Shown: positions 49,519 to 62,266, numbered from the stretch's first letter. The stretch is 62,266 nucleotides of DNA from Dimargaris cristalligena (GCA_003614675.1 ML002238.1:1-62266); one strand, 5' to 3'. Numbers and translations are program-made. Notes: generated by a model not told the origin, from the letters alone.

Positions 49519-51520
49519 ATGGCCCACCTCCGCGCCCTGCGTATGGGGCTTACCCGCCGCACCGAGACCGCCCTCCCCCGCCTGCTGACCCAGCAAGTGC
49601 CCCGCTCCCTCAGTTTAGCCCGGCCCTACTCCATGCAGGCCCTGAAAACTAACGTAAGCTAGCCGTCCCTACCAGCATTGCCCTCCTAACCTAACCTCGC
49701 AAGGCACATATATATGCAGACAGGTGTTGGTTCTGGCCGACTGGCTCCACACTAAAGGACGCCTTAGGCTCGCTATTATTTGTCCATTTATAAAACCATC
49801 TGCCCCGACTATTTTGTATCCTAAATATCTATGCTTCTCGGAATATCACCAACAGCCTGTGGCCCAGAAGATTGAGGCTAAACGCCAGGCCGCCAAGTTA
49901 GGAGGCGGAGAAAAGCGAATCGATGCCCAACACAATAAGGTAGGAAGCGGATACGCAAACCAACGTTCGTGCAGATAATCTAATAATCCTGATCCCCCCG
50001 CCCCGCTAGCTTTGAATACTAATTAGCATAATTAAACCGCTCCCCAATCCTTTTGATATTGGACCCCTTGCTCTTTTCTCCGCCATTAGGGTAAGCTCAC
50101 CGCCCGCGAGCGAGTTGAACTCCTCGTCGACCCCGGCACCTTCCGGGAGTACGATGCTTTTGTCGAGCACCAGTGCGAAGATTTCGGTATGCAGAACACG
50201 GTTATCACGGGCGACGGGGTGGTGACGGGTCACGGCAAAGTCAACGGCCGGACCGTCTACATTTTCAGCCAGGACTTCACCACCTTCGGTGGCAGTTTGT
50301 CCCGTACCCACGCCGCCAAGATTTGTAAAATCATGGACAAGGCCATGCTGGTAGGGGCCCCCGTGATTGGTCTCAATGACTCCGGCGGTGCCCGGATCCA
50401 GGAGGGGGTCGATTCACTGGCCGGCTATGCCGATATTTTCCAGCGCAACGTGCTGGCCTCAGGGGTGGTGCCCCAAATCTCCCTTATCATGGGCCCCTGC
50501 GCGGGTGGAGCGGTCTACTCTCCCGCTCTGACGGACTTTACCTTCATGGTACGTGATACTTCGTACCTGTTTGTCACGGGCCCGGATGTAGTCAAGACCG
50601 TCACCAATGAAAGTGTTACCCAGGAAGAACTTGGAGGAAGCAAGGCCCATACCGCCAAGTCCGGGGTGGCCCATCAGGCCTTCGATAATGATATTGAGGC
50701 CCTCGCCCGTCTCCGCGACTTCATCGACTTCCTGCCCTTGTCGAACCAAGAACCGTCCCCGCGGCGCCATACCGACGACTCTGCCACCCGTGGTGACGAA
50801 GCCCTCGACACGATTGTGCCCGCCGATTCCACCAAGGCCTACGACATGAAGGACGTAGCCTCCCGTCTGGTGGATGACGGTAATTTCTTCGAGATCATGC
50901 CCGACTACGCCAAAAACATCATCGTCGGGTTCGCCCGTCTTGATGGCCAGACTGTCGGTGTGGTGGGTAACCAGCCGTTAGTGTCCTCCGGTGTCCTGGA
51001 TATCAATGCCTCCGTCAAGGCCGCCCGGTTCGTCCGTTTCTGCGATGCCTTCAACATCCCGCTGCTCACCCTGGTCGATGTTCCCGGCTTCCTACCCGGC
51101 ACGGCCCAGGAGCACAACGGCATCATCCGCCATGGCGCCAAACTTCTCTACGCTTACGCCGAGGCGACCGTACCCAAGCTCACCGTGATCACCCGCAAGG
51201 CTTACGGCGGTGCCTACGACGTGATGAGTTCCAAACACCTGCGGGGCGACGTTAACTACGCCTGGCCGACCGCCGAAATTGCCGTCATGGGCGCCAAGGG
51301 GGCGGTGGAAATCATTTTCCGCAACCAGGCCAACATCGAGGAGCGAGTGAAGGAGTATACTGATAAGTTCGCCAACCCCTTACCCGCTGCTAAACGTGGC
51401 TTCTTGGACGACATCATCCTCCCCAGTGTTACTCGTAGCCGTCTGATTGAGGACTTGGCCATTTTGGCGACCAAAAAGCTGAGCAATCCCCCCAAGAAGC
51501 ACGGTAATATCCCGCTTTAG
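49519..51520 (+). CDS. PCCB: Propionyl-CoA carboxylase beta subunit, mitochondrial, 3 exons, 549 aa
   Basis: Exons 49519-49653, 49856-49939 and 50090-51520. Motifs [64 protein letters not shown] and the PCCB-type C-terminus KKHGNIPL. Confidence 0.95.
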
Positions 51521-52458
51521 AAGTCATGCGGGAAGGATATGCTAAATTCGTTGACACCCAATGCCTCTTTTTGATGTGGGAGATGGTTGGGGTAATTCAA
51601 GGCGAAACAGTCTGGCCTATCCTAGCCTCCCTCGCTCGTCATTTTTTTGTTTGTTTGAAAGATCATTTTACCCCTTAAATACCATAATACATACACCCAT
51701 TTACATACGTGTACCTGTGCGCCTGTTTGGAGAAGTATACGGTATTTTCGATTAGTTTGATCCGCTCGAACTAATCCTAAAGGTGTATACCCACTACTAG
51801 AAGATTTGGTGAGCAGCCTCTTTAAATGGACTCCCGGGTTCCTTTAAAATACAGCACTTGAAAAACTCCGCGCATGATTTATGTTTGGCGCGAGCACGCA
51901 CGTTAAGTATACTGGCCTGTAACTAGAGAATTAGCCGACTGATTCTAGGTATTTATGGACCTGAGAAGACCCGGGTGCTTTATAAGCGTTTATTCATGGT
52001 AGCTTCACCCTGTTTTACGTGGTTCATGAGTATCTCTAGTGACCAAATGGGTCCACAACCAGAATCTGCACCCATGTTAATTTTATTCCCATGGTGGTCC
52101 CCCTGCTGAATTTTCTCTCTACAAGGAAGGAGTTGAGGGCAATAGTATTGGGGGGGAAGACAGGGTAAAATCGGCGGAGGTATAACCCGAATGCGGCCCT
52201 CCCCAAATTTGGATTCAAGCCAACAACCCCACACCCACTTTACCCATTAAGCCAACCTCCATGAGATCCATCCGATTCCTATTGAGTGCCACTCTTACTT
52301 CGATAAACCTTCGCTTCGTTCCGGATCAACTTATAATTTGTACTATACCTTTATACTCCCCTAACTTCCCCCACGCTATTCCTTAGTATACTCCTTTACA
52401 TCCTCTTACCTATTATCCGCACTCTTGCGCCCATTTCTAGCCCATTAACCCAACCACC

Positions 52459-53009
52459 ATGGTATCCGGTTTCGTTCCCCCCAAGGTCCCCGCTTTCCAG
52501 CGCTATTCGGCCAAATTCGTGGGCGCCACTTTGTTCTTTTGGATGTTCTACCAAATGCGGGAAAACGGTGCCTATCTGATTGTAAGTTAGCCACTATACC
52601 CCGTTTATTTAGTATCTTTATCATTTCGGGAGGCGGGAGTTGTCGTTATTTTTATATATATTACGAACAGCCACTCTGTACCAGCGCTTAGACCACTCGG
52701 AATGGGCCGCCCCCCTCTCGTTAGGGGAAGGGGGATATTGTCAGACCTAATCAATTTAGAAGAGGACCCCCTCAAACCTATTGCATCGGAGTACTCTAAA
52801 TCTGCGGATTTTAACCATCTAAGCTCCGATATTCAGTAACTGTGCCTTCACCCACTCCATTTGTTCGCTAACACCTTCCACTTTTTAATTTCTTAATTTG
52901 ATGCTTCTTCTTTTTTACACAGGGGGCCAAGAAGCCCTGGGAGGAGACCCATGGCCATGATGACCACCACGACCATCACCACGGTGATAAGCGTGACAAG
53001 AAGCACTAA
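52459..53009 (+). CDS. Complex I accessory subunit, NDUFB2-like, 2 exons, 69 aa (absent from the ORF track)
   Basis: Exons 52459-52581 and 52923-53009 give MVSGFVPPKVPAFQRYSAKFVGATLFFWMFYQMRENGAYLIGAKKPWEETHGHDDHHDHHHGDKRDKKH. The GAT.FFWMFY....G..L.G..PWE pattern is typical of fungal/plant NDUFB2. CACCATG context and GT-AG intron. Confidence 0.8.
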
Positions 53010-55971
53010 TTCGGACTTATCGACTATCTCTACCTAGACTACGTATTACCTACATGCTTTCTGGCGCCCTATTGTAGCCCGAATCCAGGGGTAAATCTGC
53101 TGGTATCTCCCGAATTTGACCATTGGGCGGATGGATACCTTCCTCATCCCATACCCTGTCCTAGAATATTTTTACACGTACCCCCTGAGCCGCCTGAAAT
53201 GGGCGGTTTTGACACTCATTGGTATCTATTTAAATAAAATTCATTGAATTTAGAACACTTGGTTTGCTGAATTAGCAACATACCATTGGTAGATAGAGAG
53301 CAGCGGATTTGGCGTGATGGTGGTTCCAATGAGATGGAGATGAGAGGGAGTATGTGGGACTAAAACCCACCATGAGCACCATCTACCTCCCCCCCTCGCT
53401 TTGGGCGTCCATTAATGTCACAAATATACAGATTAAATCACCAATGAATCATTCAGGTTTTTGCTTCTCTAGTGTAAACCATGTCGAATATAATGATCAA
53501 AGCCTAGTAATCGCCCCCGCCCGCAATACAACAACTTATCTATAGGACATTCGTTGACAATCCCTCTTTATAACCGCATTCTTGCATCCTAGTTATCACA
53601 CTAATATTAGCTCGCCAACAAATTAAATATATATATAGCTGTAGATGTGCCTATGGATCATAGCTGGGATTAGCGCTGCTGCTTTCTATACCTAAGGCTC
53701 GTTAATCTTGAAAGAGATTCCTCCCCTAAAGACAAACGGCTGGAACAATACCTTATTGTGACGGGAATTGTTGGGCGGCATCGTTTGGAGAGAGGGAGGG
53801 AGGGAATGTTTTATTTTATCTCACGTCGTTCTGATAAGACCATTGTCGACGAGCCTGTGATAAATTTGCCTCGGCTATGCAATGAATATCCTGCTTATCG
53901 GGGCGGGGTTTTCTGTTTGAACACCCAATCCGACGAACTTTCCCATTGCCGTTTTGTTTAAAATCCGGCATACAGCAATGCTAAACATCGCTTATCAGAG
54001 ACAGTACTACTGAAGGCGGTGGCGGGATTTAGCCATGTAATAGACCCACCCATTGGATAGGAGGAAGGTGGGTAATGTACACTAGTAAGCAAGTATTATC
54101 GAATCCAAAAATGAGTGGGAGGGAGGATGCAAGCCGAATTCATCATGGCACAGCTGACTGCAACCGGTATAAATATTAGGGAAACAGCGCTAAGCGGTTG
54201 GGGGGGACTAGACTAGTATCCAGCGAGGAGGATAAAGGAGCCAAATGAGAAGGAAGGGGTGTTTAATAGCTGTGCAGAACAATCAATGGGGAACCGTTAT
54301 CTGCACCGGCATGCATGAGTGATTCTCTAACCATCCCGAACTCACCCTTGCCTCGACCTTCTCCCCTCATCTCCTCCTCCCCAGTCTCGCTCCTAAAAGT
54401 TGCGTTTTGATAGACTTTCGGACATGGCACCGGTTTTGGACTACTGCTTTCTGTAGGACCGGATTTGTGGCGACGGCCTCCTTTTCGGTAATTCGAATTT
54501 TGAATCCCGGCCATCACCGCATTAGAAAACAATGATATAGCCCACCAATAAGCCCAGTACGAGGGTAGACGATGGGGCTGGGATTTGGGGCAAAGATATA
54601 CCTGCTCTACAGCCTCGATGGGGGGCATCGCACCCTACAGATTATCCGTGGCGATGCAATAGACCGCCACCGCGCAGGCTTCACAGATTTGGGCAAATAA
54701 TCTGCGTTGGAGTCGCAATCCCCGCTGTAGAGTATGGTGAGGAAGAGAACCGCATTTCTGCAAGACATAATTTCTCGGTCACTGGACCCTCCTCCCTCCC
54801 TCTCCCACTTCCATTCGAGAGCCCCACCCGGCCAGAGTAAGTGGCTAAGCAAAAATGAGGTTAAGGAACCCTGATAGAAACAAGGGATAACTCAACTAGG
54901 GCACAGGTCGAAATATAAATAGTACGGCTCATATAGGCCGTTTTTATAGGGACATCTGATCATTGCTGAAATTCGACGACCAATTAACGTAGGGTGGTTT
55001 TTGCTTCGGTGGATCGACCGCCGTTCCCATTCGAACGTTCTTAGCAGGGGGTGTCTATCCCCACATTGTCCGAGGAAGTCCTCAGGACCCGTTCCAAAAA
55101 AAAAAGGATGGGAGGAGGGCGAAAACGGAAGCGAAGCCAGAGCCGTGGCGCTCACTTGGACGAGCACTTTACTCGAGCGCTAAAGCGGAAGGAGGGGGCT
55201 GACGAACCGGCAGCGAAAGAGAGGAAGGAGAGGGAGAGGTCAATAGAATAGGACGATCCCGGCGGGCTTTCCGACTACTTAATAAACAGCGGGTCGCCTA
55301 TTGCTTCATTTAATCGAACTACCGAGCAGTACTATTTATCGGGCCTACCGCCTACTGTTATCCCATCAAAAGATATAGTCTCCTCTTCCCTTCTTCCCCC
55401 CCTCTCTCTCTTTATCCTACTTTCTTTAGGCTTCTTGGCCCATTCATCCCGTTTAGCATTTCAGTGAACCTGGCTCGCTAGTTTATCATTGCCTAACTGA
55501 CCTTAGCTCTACTCTCGTTTATCGCACCTAAGTTGTTTATCCTGCTGTGACCTCCGCGTCATTCCCTTACCCTCTAACTGTATTGTTCCGCACAACTCGA
55601 CTTCGACCCCGTACACCATTACCACGGTCCCCGCTCCGTCGCATTTTCCCTCTCTACGTGTCTGTGTATGCGTGTGTGTGTGTACACCAAAAGTATATAA
55701 ACTCCGCCCCCTTGCCCCCCTTAGCATACACTCGCTCCGGCTGTGTAACTCGCTCATAACCACTAAAACTCCGCCCTGAACCCACCACCTCGTCGCTACT
55801 GTGGTCTTTTTCTACTCTGTGGCTCATCTCCACCAACTCTGGGTGTATATTCTGTCCCTACTCCCTGTGCTCTATTTTCCCCTTAGTCCCACCTGGCGCC
55901 GTTCGGACCCGGTCTTTTCCGTCCTATATTTACATTCCAATATTTATATTTATCGACCCTGTTTTATCAGG

Positions 55972-55973
<2 letters not shown>

Positions 55974-56002
<29 letters not shown>
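55974..56002. repeat. (AT)n microsatellite upstream of the septin ATG
   Basis: Directly visible dinucleotide run. Confidence 0.85.
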
Positions 56003-56007
<5 letters not shown>

Positions 56008-56044
56008 ACAAGAACCCTTTTCTTCTCCGAACCCTGTCTACAGC

Positions 56045-57538
56045 ATGATTGGTCAACACCGCCCGATGCCCCCGCACCTATCGACCATGCCGCCCGCCAG
56101 GGCCGTGCCACCGTCCTTAGCCGCTCACGTCAACCCCCGCCGTCCCGTCACTGCTGACGCACCCAGAAGCGCGGGCGCCCTGGGTTCTGAGGGTCCCGAC
56201 AATCCCCTCCTGCGCAACTTCAAGCGCAGTAAGCCCCGGGTTCGCGGTCGTCACATCATTGACTACTTCAACCTGATGGTGGTGGGTCCCCGCGGCTCCG
56301 GTAAGACGTCCTTCCTCCAGACCCTGAGTGCCTCCCTGGCCTCGGCCCATGCCACCCAGCTGGATCTCAAAAACAGCCTCCGCCGCTCCCATTTCATCGG
56401 CGACGCCCACAAACCCACGTCCAGCAGCAGCAGCAGAAGTTCGCCCGTGTCGCGTCGGCCCACCGGCCCGCAGAGCCCCGTATCCCCCCTCCCTACCAAC
56501 GGCTTCCCGTCCCCCACCCCCCAGTACCAGTCGGCCCCCAACACCCCCACTCAGCCGGCCGCTACCCCTCGCATGCTGACCGACGGAATTTCCATGCAGA
56601 CGCTGACCGTGGACGAGTTTGACGAGCCCATCCTACTCAATTTGATCGACACCCCGGGCTGGGTCGCCGACGATAACGGCGAAGATGCCGCCCGCGTCTG
56701 CACCAACCTGGTTGCCTTTCTCGAAGAACAAATGGATAGCCGTGTGATTGAGGAACTCAAAGTGCGTCGGGACAAATACGCCCCCAACTTGATTGTGCAC
56801 GCCTGCCTCTACTTTATGGACCCACTGCACAATGAATACCGGGCCACCGATATCCCCATCATTAAGGAATTGGGCACCCGCGTTAATCTGATCCCGGTGG
56901 TTGGCAAGTCCGATCTCATTACGCTGACCCAGAAACTCCAGTTCCAGCTCGAATTCATCAACAGTATGAAACGCCACGCCGACCAGGTGAGTCTCTTTGA
57001 CCTACCGGGCGACTCGGTGGACGCGAACGAGTCCATGACGGGCGATGTTCCGCTGACCATGAGTCGGGACAGTATCACCTTCCCGATGCCGGGAGACAAG
57101 GGCGGGGAAGGAGCGGGGCCTACCCTGATGATGCCCTTCTTCCTTTTCAACCACGAGCCCATTGACCCCGTCGCCCTATCCGCGTTTGAAACCACCGGTG
57201 CCCAGGAGAAAAACCTCCCCGGTTTCCGTTCCGTATTGGCCAATTTAGCGCGGACGTTCGACAAACACCCGGATTTCCTGGGACGGTGTTACCCCTGGGG
57301 CCGGATTGACTGCATGGATCCCGACCAGAGCGACTTTGCCGTCCTGCGCACCATGCTCCTGGAGAGTCACCGGGATATGTTGCGCCAGCATACCGTGTCA
57401 TCCATTTACGAGGAGTACCGGTGCCGCCAACTGCAGTCGAAGAAACGGGATGACTTGCTGCAACGGTGCGGATCCCTGAAGCTCCGTAATGCCTTTAATA
57501 GCTCCGCCCTGGAACTTAATGGCCATCGCCAAGTTTGA
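56045..57538 (+). CDS. Divergent septin-family GTPase, 497 aa, intronless
   Basis: FNLMVVGPRGSGKTSFL (G1), LNLIDTPG (G3), VHACLYF, VNLIPVVGKSD (G4) and the septin unique element GRCYPWG...SDFAVLR..LL.SH...L......YEEYR. Confidence 0.85.
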   Translation: MIGQHRPMPPHLSTMPPARAVPPSLAAHVNPRRPVTADAPRSAGALGSEGPDNPLLRNFKRSKPRVRGRHIIDYFNLMVVGPRGSGKTSFLQTLSASLASAHATQLDLKNSLRRSHFIGDAHKPTSSSSSRSSPVSRRPTGPQSPVSPLPTNGFPSPTPQYQSAPNTPTQPAATPRMLTDGISMQTLTVDEFDEPILLNLIDTPGWVADDNGEDAARVCTNLVAFLEEQMDSRVIEELKVRRDKYAPNLIVHACLYFMDPLHNEYRATDIPIIKELGTRVNLIPVVGKSDLITLTQKLQFQLEFINSMKRHADQVSLFDLPGDSVDANESMTGDVPLTMSRDSITFPMPGDKGGEGAGPTLMMPFFLFNHEPIDPVALSAFETTGAQEKNLPGFRSVLANLARTFDKHPDFLGRCYPWGRIDCMDPDQSDFAVLRTMLLESHRDMLRQHTVSSIYEEYRCRQLQSKKRDDLLQRCGSLKLRNAFNSSALELNGHRQV

Positions 57539-59211
57539 CCCGGTTGAGCTGATGACTGTCAAAATCTTTACTCTCTCCCCCCTCTCCTACTTTGTTTTGT
57601 CGTAAAATCCTCCCCTCCGTACGGTTACATTTATGATATGGTGGGGGGCCTCCCAGTATTTTTATCTTCCTGCTACAGTATATCCCCCCCTCCATTTTAT
57701 AACTAGCTTATTATCAGCATCAATTTCATGTCAGTTCTTTTGTGCCATTTAAAAAAACCACTGGGTTTTTTTGCTTTCTTATTTTTATTATTGCCTTTCC
57801 ACCATGTCCTTAACACCCCTTTACAGACTATACCCTACGCCCGCTTCCCCGCCGTACCCCATTCCTCCTACTACTCTGTGTCCTTACTAATTTGACAGGC
57901 TATGTTTTTTTTATTCATTGCTTACCTCTCCCCTCCCATCTATATTCAACAATAGTATTTCTGCTTTGAGTACATGTTAGCCGTCGTCCACATTTTTTCG
58001 TCATTGAAATATTTAGTTCTCGCTTAGTGCATGCACTGCACACGTCGATCCCCCAAGTAGTACTATACTGCCTTTTAACCAGGAAGTCAGCCCGATTCTA
58101 CTGGTGGACAGCGAGGCCAATCGTTTCCATTAGCAAGCTCTGTAAACGGAAGGAGGGGTAGATGTACTGTTTGGGCAAGTAGGTATTCAACAGCAATTTA
58201 TTGGCGTAGATCAATTAGTTGTCTGACGTCAAATAGGCAGATGGCATGGGTAGTATAGCTCCCGCTCAGTTTACTATTCGGCAACTCCTAAAGTCCTCCT
58301 CCCCCTTCCCCTCCCTAGATGATCCTATATATCCCAATTACTTCCCATTCAAGGCCGTATTGGTAACTATGTTGATTGTAACAGGCTGGCCTAAGCCATT
58401 TTAGGAATCGGTGCACATTGTGACTGTGCTTCTTGTGCGGGGGTTTATATCACCCCTTCTGCACCCCCCCTCACTCCCCCTCCCCTCATTTATTATATCT
58501 TCAGTCTCCCACCAAGCAGTGTTGCGAGTCCAGCAAAGACGAGAACTAAAGCCATTGCTAATCAATGAAACACAGTCCCGAAAACCACATTGTCCGGCTG
58601 ACCAACAGTCAACCAACCCTTGGCGAACCGCGTTTCATATTTATCCACCCCCACCCTTGTGTGTAATTTGCTCCGTTTTGGTGGGCCTTTCGCATATTAT
58701 GTAATCTCTACTTGCTTCGGTCATCTCACAGTAAACAATTTGAATCATTTATCCCAATGCAATGGGTTGGTAGCATGTGTCACTGGGCAATTAAAAGCGA
58801 GTTCGGGGAAAATTGCCCTAGAACAAGCAATGCCAATTACAGTGGATGCTTCATTATACAGTAATCAGCGATATTAACTAAGATCTCGTAAAACACCCTC
58901 ATTTTCGGCCACTTGTAAATACGGAGGCATTCCGGTGATAACCCATACCCCAAGTACCGTAAATACCATGGTGGTTGTAGCTGCGGTTTGTTGAGTCTAT
59001 AAGCTGTATTCTCCTGATTTCCGTAATATCACTTACTACCTTACGTATCTTATTAGTACAATGTATCTATTTGGTAAAGACATAATCATGCCCGAAAGAG
59101 TTTTACCCAATACCGGCTACGGGTCTTAAAAAAATAAAATAACTTCCCGCTCCCTTGGACGAAATAATAATGTAGGTCATTTTAACGATTGATTGCTGGT
59201 GTATTCAGTAA

Positions 59212-59689
59212 TCAGTGGGCCTTTGGGCCACGGAAACGCCGCCGCATATCTAACTGGAGAATGGCAAACACAAGAGGGTAGATGAATGCAGCACGGTCTT
59301 ATATTAGCTAAGTTAGAATCAAAACGTATCAAGTGGGGTCCCCTCCCTTTTACCTCCTCCACCCGTGGACCGAAGGATATGCGAGAACAAATAGATTCCT
59401 GCCCAAAAAGGTACTGCTGGCGAAATGCAGACGGGTGAGCACCCATTGACATGCACCGACTGAGAATGGTGCGATAATAATAAGAATAATAAGAATAATA
59501 GTAACTTACCAAGCTACGTTTGCATTCTACGAAACTCCGTCGAATCGCCTGGCAATCCTCGGGTAAAGTTTGGGTAAGTTCGGGCTTCTGTAGACATTCC
59601 TTGACGGTGTGCTTTTGAATTCGAACGCAGTCGGTCTTCAGGATGCATTCGATCATAGATTCGCGTATCGCTTGGCAGGTGGTGGGCAT
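59212..59689 (-). CDS. PET191: Cytochrome c oxidase assembly factor COA5/PET191 (twin CX9C-type), 2 exons, 73 aa
   Basis: Exons 59689-59510 and 59253-59212 give MPTTCQAIRESMIECILKTDCV...ECL...CQAIRRSFVECKRSLLDMRRRFRGPKAH, the characteristic CKR..LDMR.RFRG end. Confidence 0.9.
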
Positions 59690-62266
59690 GGTGAGCTAGT
59701 CGCGGTACTCAAGAGAAAAAATAAAATAAAAATAGTGTTGGGCGGGGTGTACAAATTGAAGGAATGTAGGGTAGGCGAGGGTCAGAAGGAAGAACGTTGG
59801 GAGGCACACAACCCGTGAATGGGGCAAAATAAACGTTAATGGGTCGGGAGCTTAAGCTTTTGAATTTATGTTTAGCAGTGGGGTTTAAGTTGGCCTGATG
59901 CCATGCCAATAGCCAGCACCCAAATGAGCCCAGCTGCATACACCCTCCTCCACAGAGCATAGAGCCCAGCAGGCTGGGTATGGGCATCTCACCACTTGTG
60001 GTTGCTATGGGAGCCAAACGGTAGGTAAAAAGATCTATACGAGTCTCTCTGACAGCCCCTTTAATGCAAAATGACAGTTATTTAGTCAGGTTGTAACATT
60101 GACCATAACACAATGTACTTCCCGTCAAACCTAGGATGCTTTGGGAGTGTTAAGTGGCGGTACAACATCGATAATTCAGAGTCAGGCGGCTGAACTTCAC
60201 GTGTACCTGCTGGAGCATTTCGTACGCGAAACGGAGACACCAGCAGCGCAAGTTGAGTTAATGTCACGATTCTGGCGTAGTATAACCTCCGGTCCGAGAG
60301 GAGCAGTTGGGCCGAGGTATGGCAGCTATATCCTTGGTGCATGGTAAGGCGGTGCCAGTGCTTCCATATTAGTCAGAAAAAATAGCTCATCGATGGCCAT
60401 TGCGACAACCGTAAGGTCTCCCGATACGTTCGGGCGAAGAACATTTTACTGCTCACTCCGAATAGGTGCAAACTACCGTGATGGGGCCTTCAGAGTCAAT
60501 CTATTACACGGGGACATAGCCGGGCTTATTCATTTCCCTCCCCCCTCATGCCACAATGGGGCTGGCCCATTTCGTCTTTTAATCTGGATAGAAAAATGAA
60601 TATACAAGTGTTGGTGGGCTACAGGGGGGAGGATGGTGGAATATTGAAATTGCCAATGCTATTCCGCCATGAGCAGACCCCAGATGAAATAATCGGGATG
60701 TGAATGGGGGCTGAACAACTCGGAGGAACCCCAGTAACTTAGGCCTAACCATCGATTAGGGTACTTTGCTGAATAAAAGCAACATTGTAGGTGCGGTTGC
60801 GAGTGATAGGGGGGGGGGATTCACGCGTAAAATAAAGGGGTAAGCGGCTTGGGGCTGGAATTCAATTTCCCCACCCATTGCGACTCGGCGGGTATAGTAT
60901 CATCCACCGGCTCGGTTTCATTCCTTTAAGATCTTGAAAGATCAAACCGTAGCTGGGCCGTTGTTCAAAGTATCGTGAATCGTGAATAGCAGGGGTAGTG
61001 GGGCGACTTTGGCGAACCAACTCACCCATGCGTTTTTTGTATAATAATATTCAAAGACCAAGATCGTTGAATGAGTAGCCCTATTGATTTTAACTCCCCC
61101 TCCCTCTCCCGAACAATAATTTGAGGAATATTTAGCTGTCTTGTGTTCACAGCGCTCTGTATTTTCGTCTCATGCGGCCATTAGGACTTGCACCGGATAA
61201 TAGTAAAGCCGACTCTCAATATCGCTGGCCAACCGGATGAACAAATCGATGTTTGGTTGTGCTCTACCACCCTCTTTCCCTCTTTCCCTCATTTCCTCAT
61301 TGCCTTTTTATTATTATTATTTTTTGTCTTTTGGAGTTTATAAAAGCCGATGATCTACTGGTAACCGGCCAACACCACCCCCCGGACAGAGGGAGCGAAC
61401 GTGCGCCTACTGGTCTACATTTCCGTTCAAAGGAGGGTAATCGGAGTCTGTGGGCCATCTACGAATTCTTATTTAAGCTTACTTTCGGGGCGACCGGAGG
61501 TCCCTTAAAAACTACCGAGAACCGGCTGGCACATGGGCAGTTTCGTGAGGGAACTGTTGTAGCTCGTTGACCGCGCATGCTCTCATTCCACCAATGTTAA
61601 TGCCCTGTCCAAATCGGCCCAATGTGCTCTATTATCAAGATAATTGGAGCTGGCAACAATCCGGTAGAGCTAAAATTGGAGTGACTGTTCTTCGCTGGCT
61701 AAATTAATGGAAATCAATTAGGGATGGGTAATTTAACCTTATCGACATATTTATGTGAATGTCGATAATGCTAGGGTTAGAACCGTACATTATGTAGGTG
61801 CGATGAGGTGGATTCTCAAAGGGAGTCTTGCCTCCAAAATAATACCTTAGTCGTGTGCTCCATAGGGGCCCAACTGCACTTACTCTGGTTAGAACTATGG
61901 TCGTGACTGGTGAATGTATCGTAGCTGATAACCCAAGTCAAACCACGGAATTGCACATTGAAATTTGCCGCTTCTCCTGATCCTTCAAGTCTCCAAACAT
62001 AATCGACAAATTCGTCAGTCCAATCCCACCTGAGTTTTAATCAGTGTGAGATTGGTGAACAGGTGGAGTGGGTTTTTGGACCATCGAGCCCAACCTTAAC
62101 GGCCAATATGGATTGTCAATTAATTCTCCGGTCGATACTACTTTGGCCGCCTAATAGTTTCCTATTACGGCTTCCTCGTGCAATGGGTATATTCCCCGCG
62201 ACCCCTGGCTACCCCCATTAGCCTATTTAATTTATTCGCCTTGCTTGTCCCCTCCGCCGGTGCTAT

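Noticed and set aside
59177-59509. The 170-aa unspliced version of COA5
   Set aside because: Read-through into the intron. Splicing at 59510/59253 restores the conserved LDMRRRFRG end.

Overview
Eukaryotic, fungal-type genomic DNA with GT-AG introns mostly 140-570 nt long, CACCATG start contexts and pyrimidine-rich 5' leaders. Propionyl-CoA carboxylase and a DUF1206-like protein suggest an early-diverging (non-Dikarya) fungus, possibly Zoopagomycota; this is inference. In order, the window holds a CpG-free, stop-riddled pseudogene tract, then genes for a saccharopine-dehydrogenase-like oxidoreductase, a frameshifted M28 leucine aminopeptidase, POL2, a YihA/EngB GTPase, an orphan type-I membrane protein, a DUF1206-like membrane protein, a PP2C phosphatase and a kelch membrane protein. 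These are followed by tRNA-iMet, glyoxylate/hydroxypyruvate reductase, a head-to-head PCCA/PCCB pair, an NDUFB2-like subunit, a divergent septin and COA5/PET191. Three copies of a 144-bp MITE-like element are dispersed through the window. The main points of interest are the divergent propionyl-CoA carboxylase pair, a 1.7-kb tract with RIP/methylation-like C-to-T mutation, the MITE family and the bacterial-type DUF1206 protein. All exon structures and family assignments were made by eye, without database searches.
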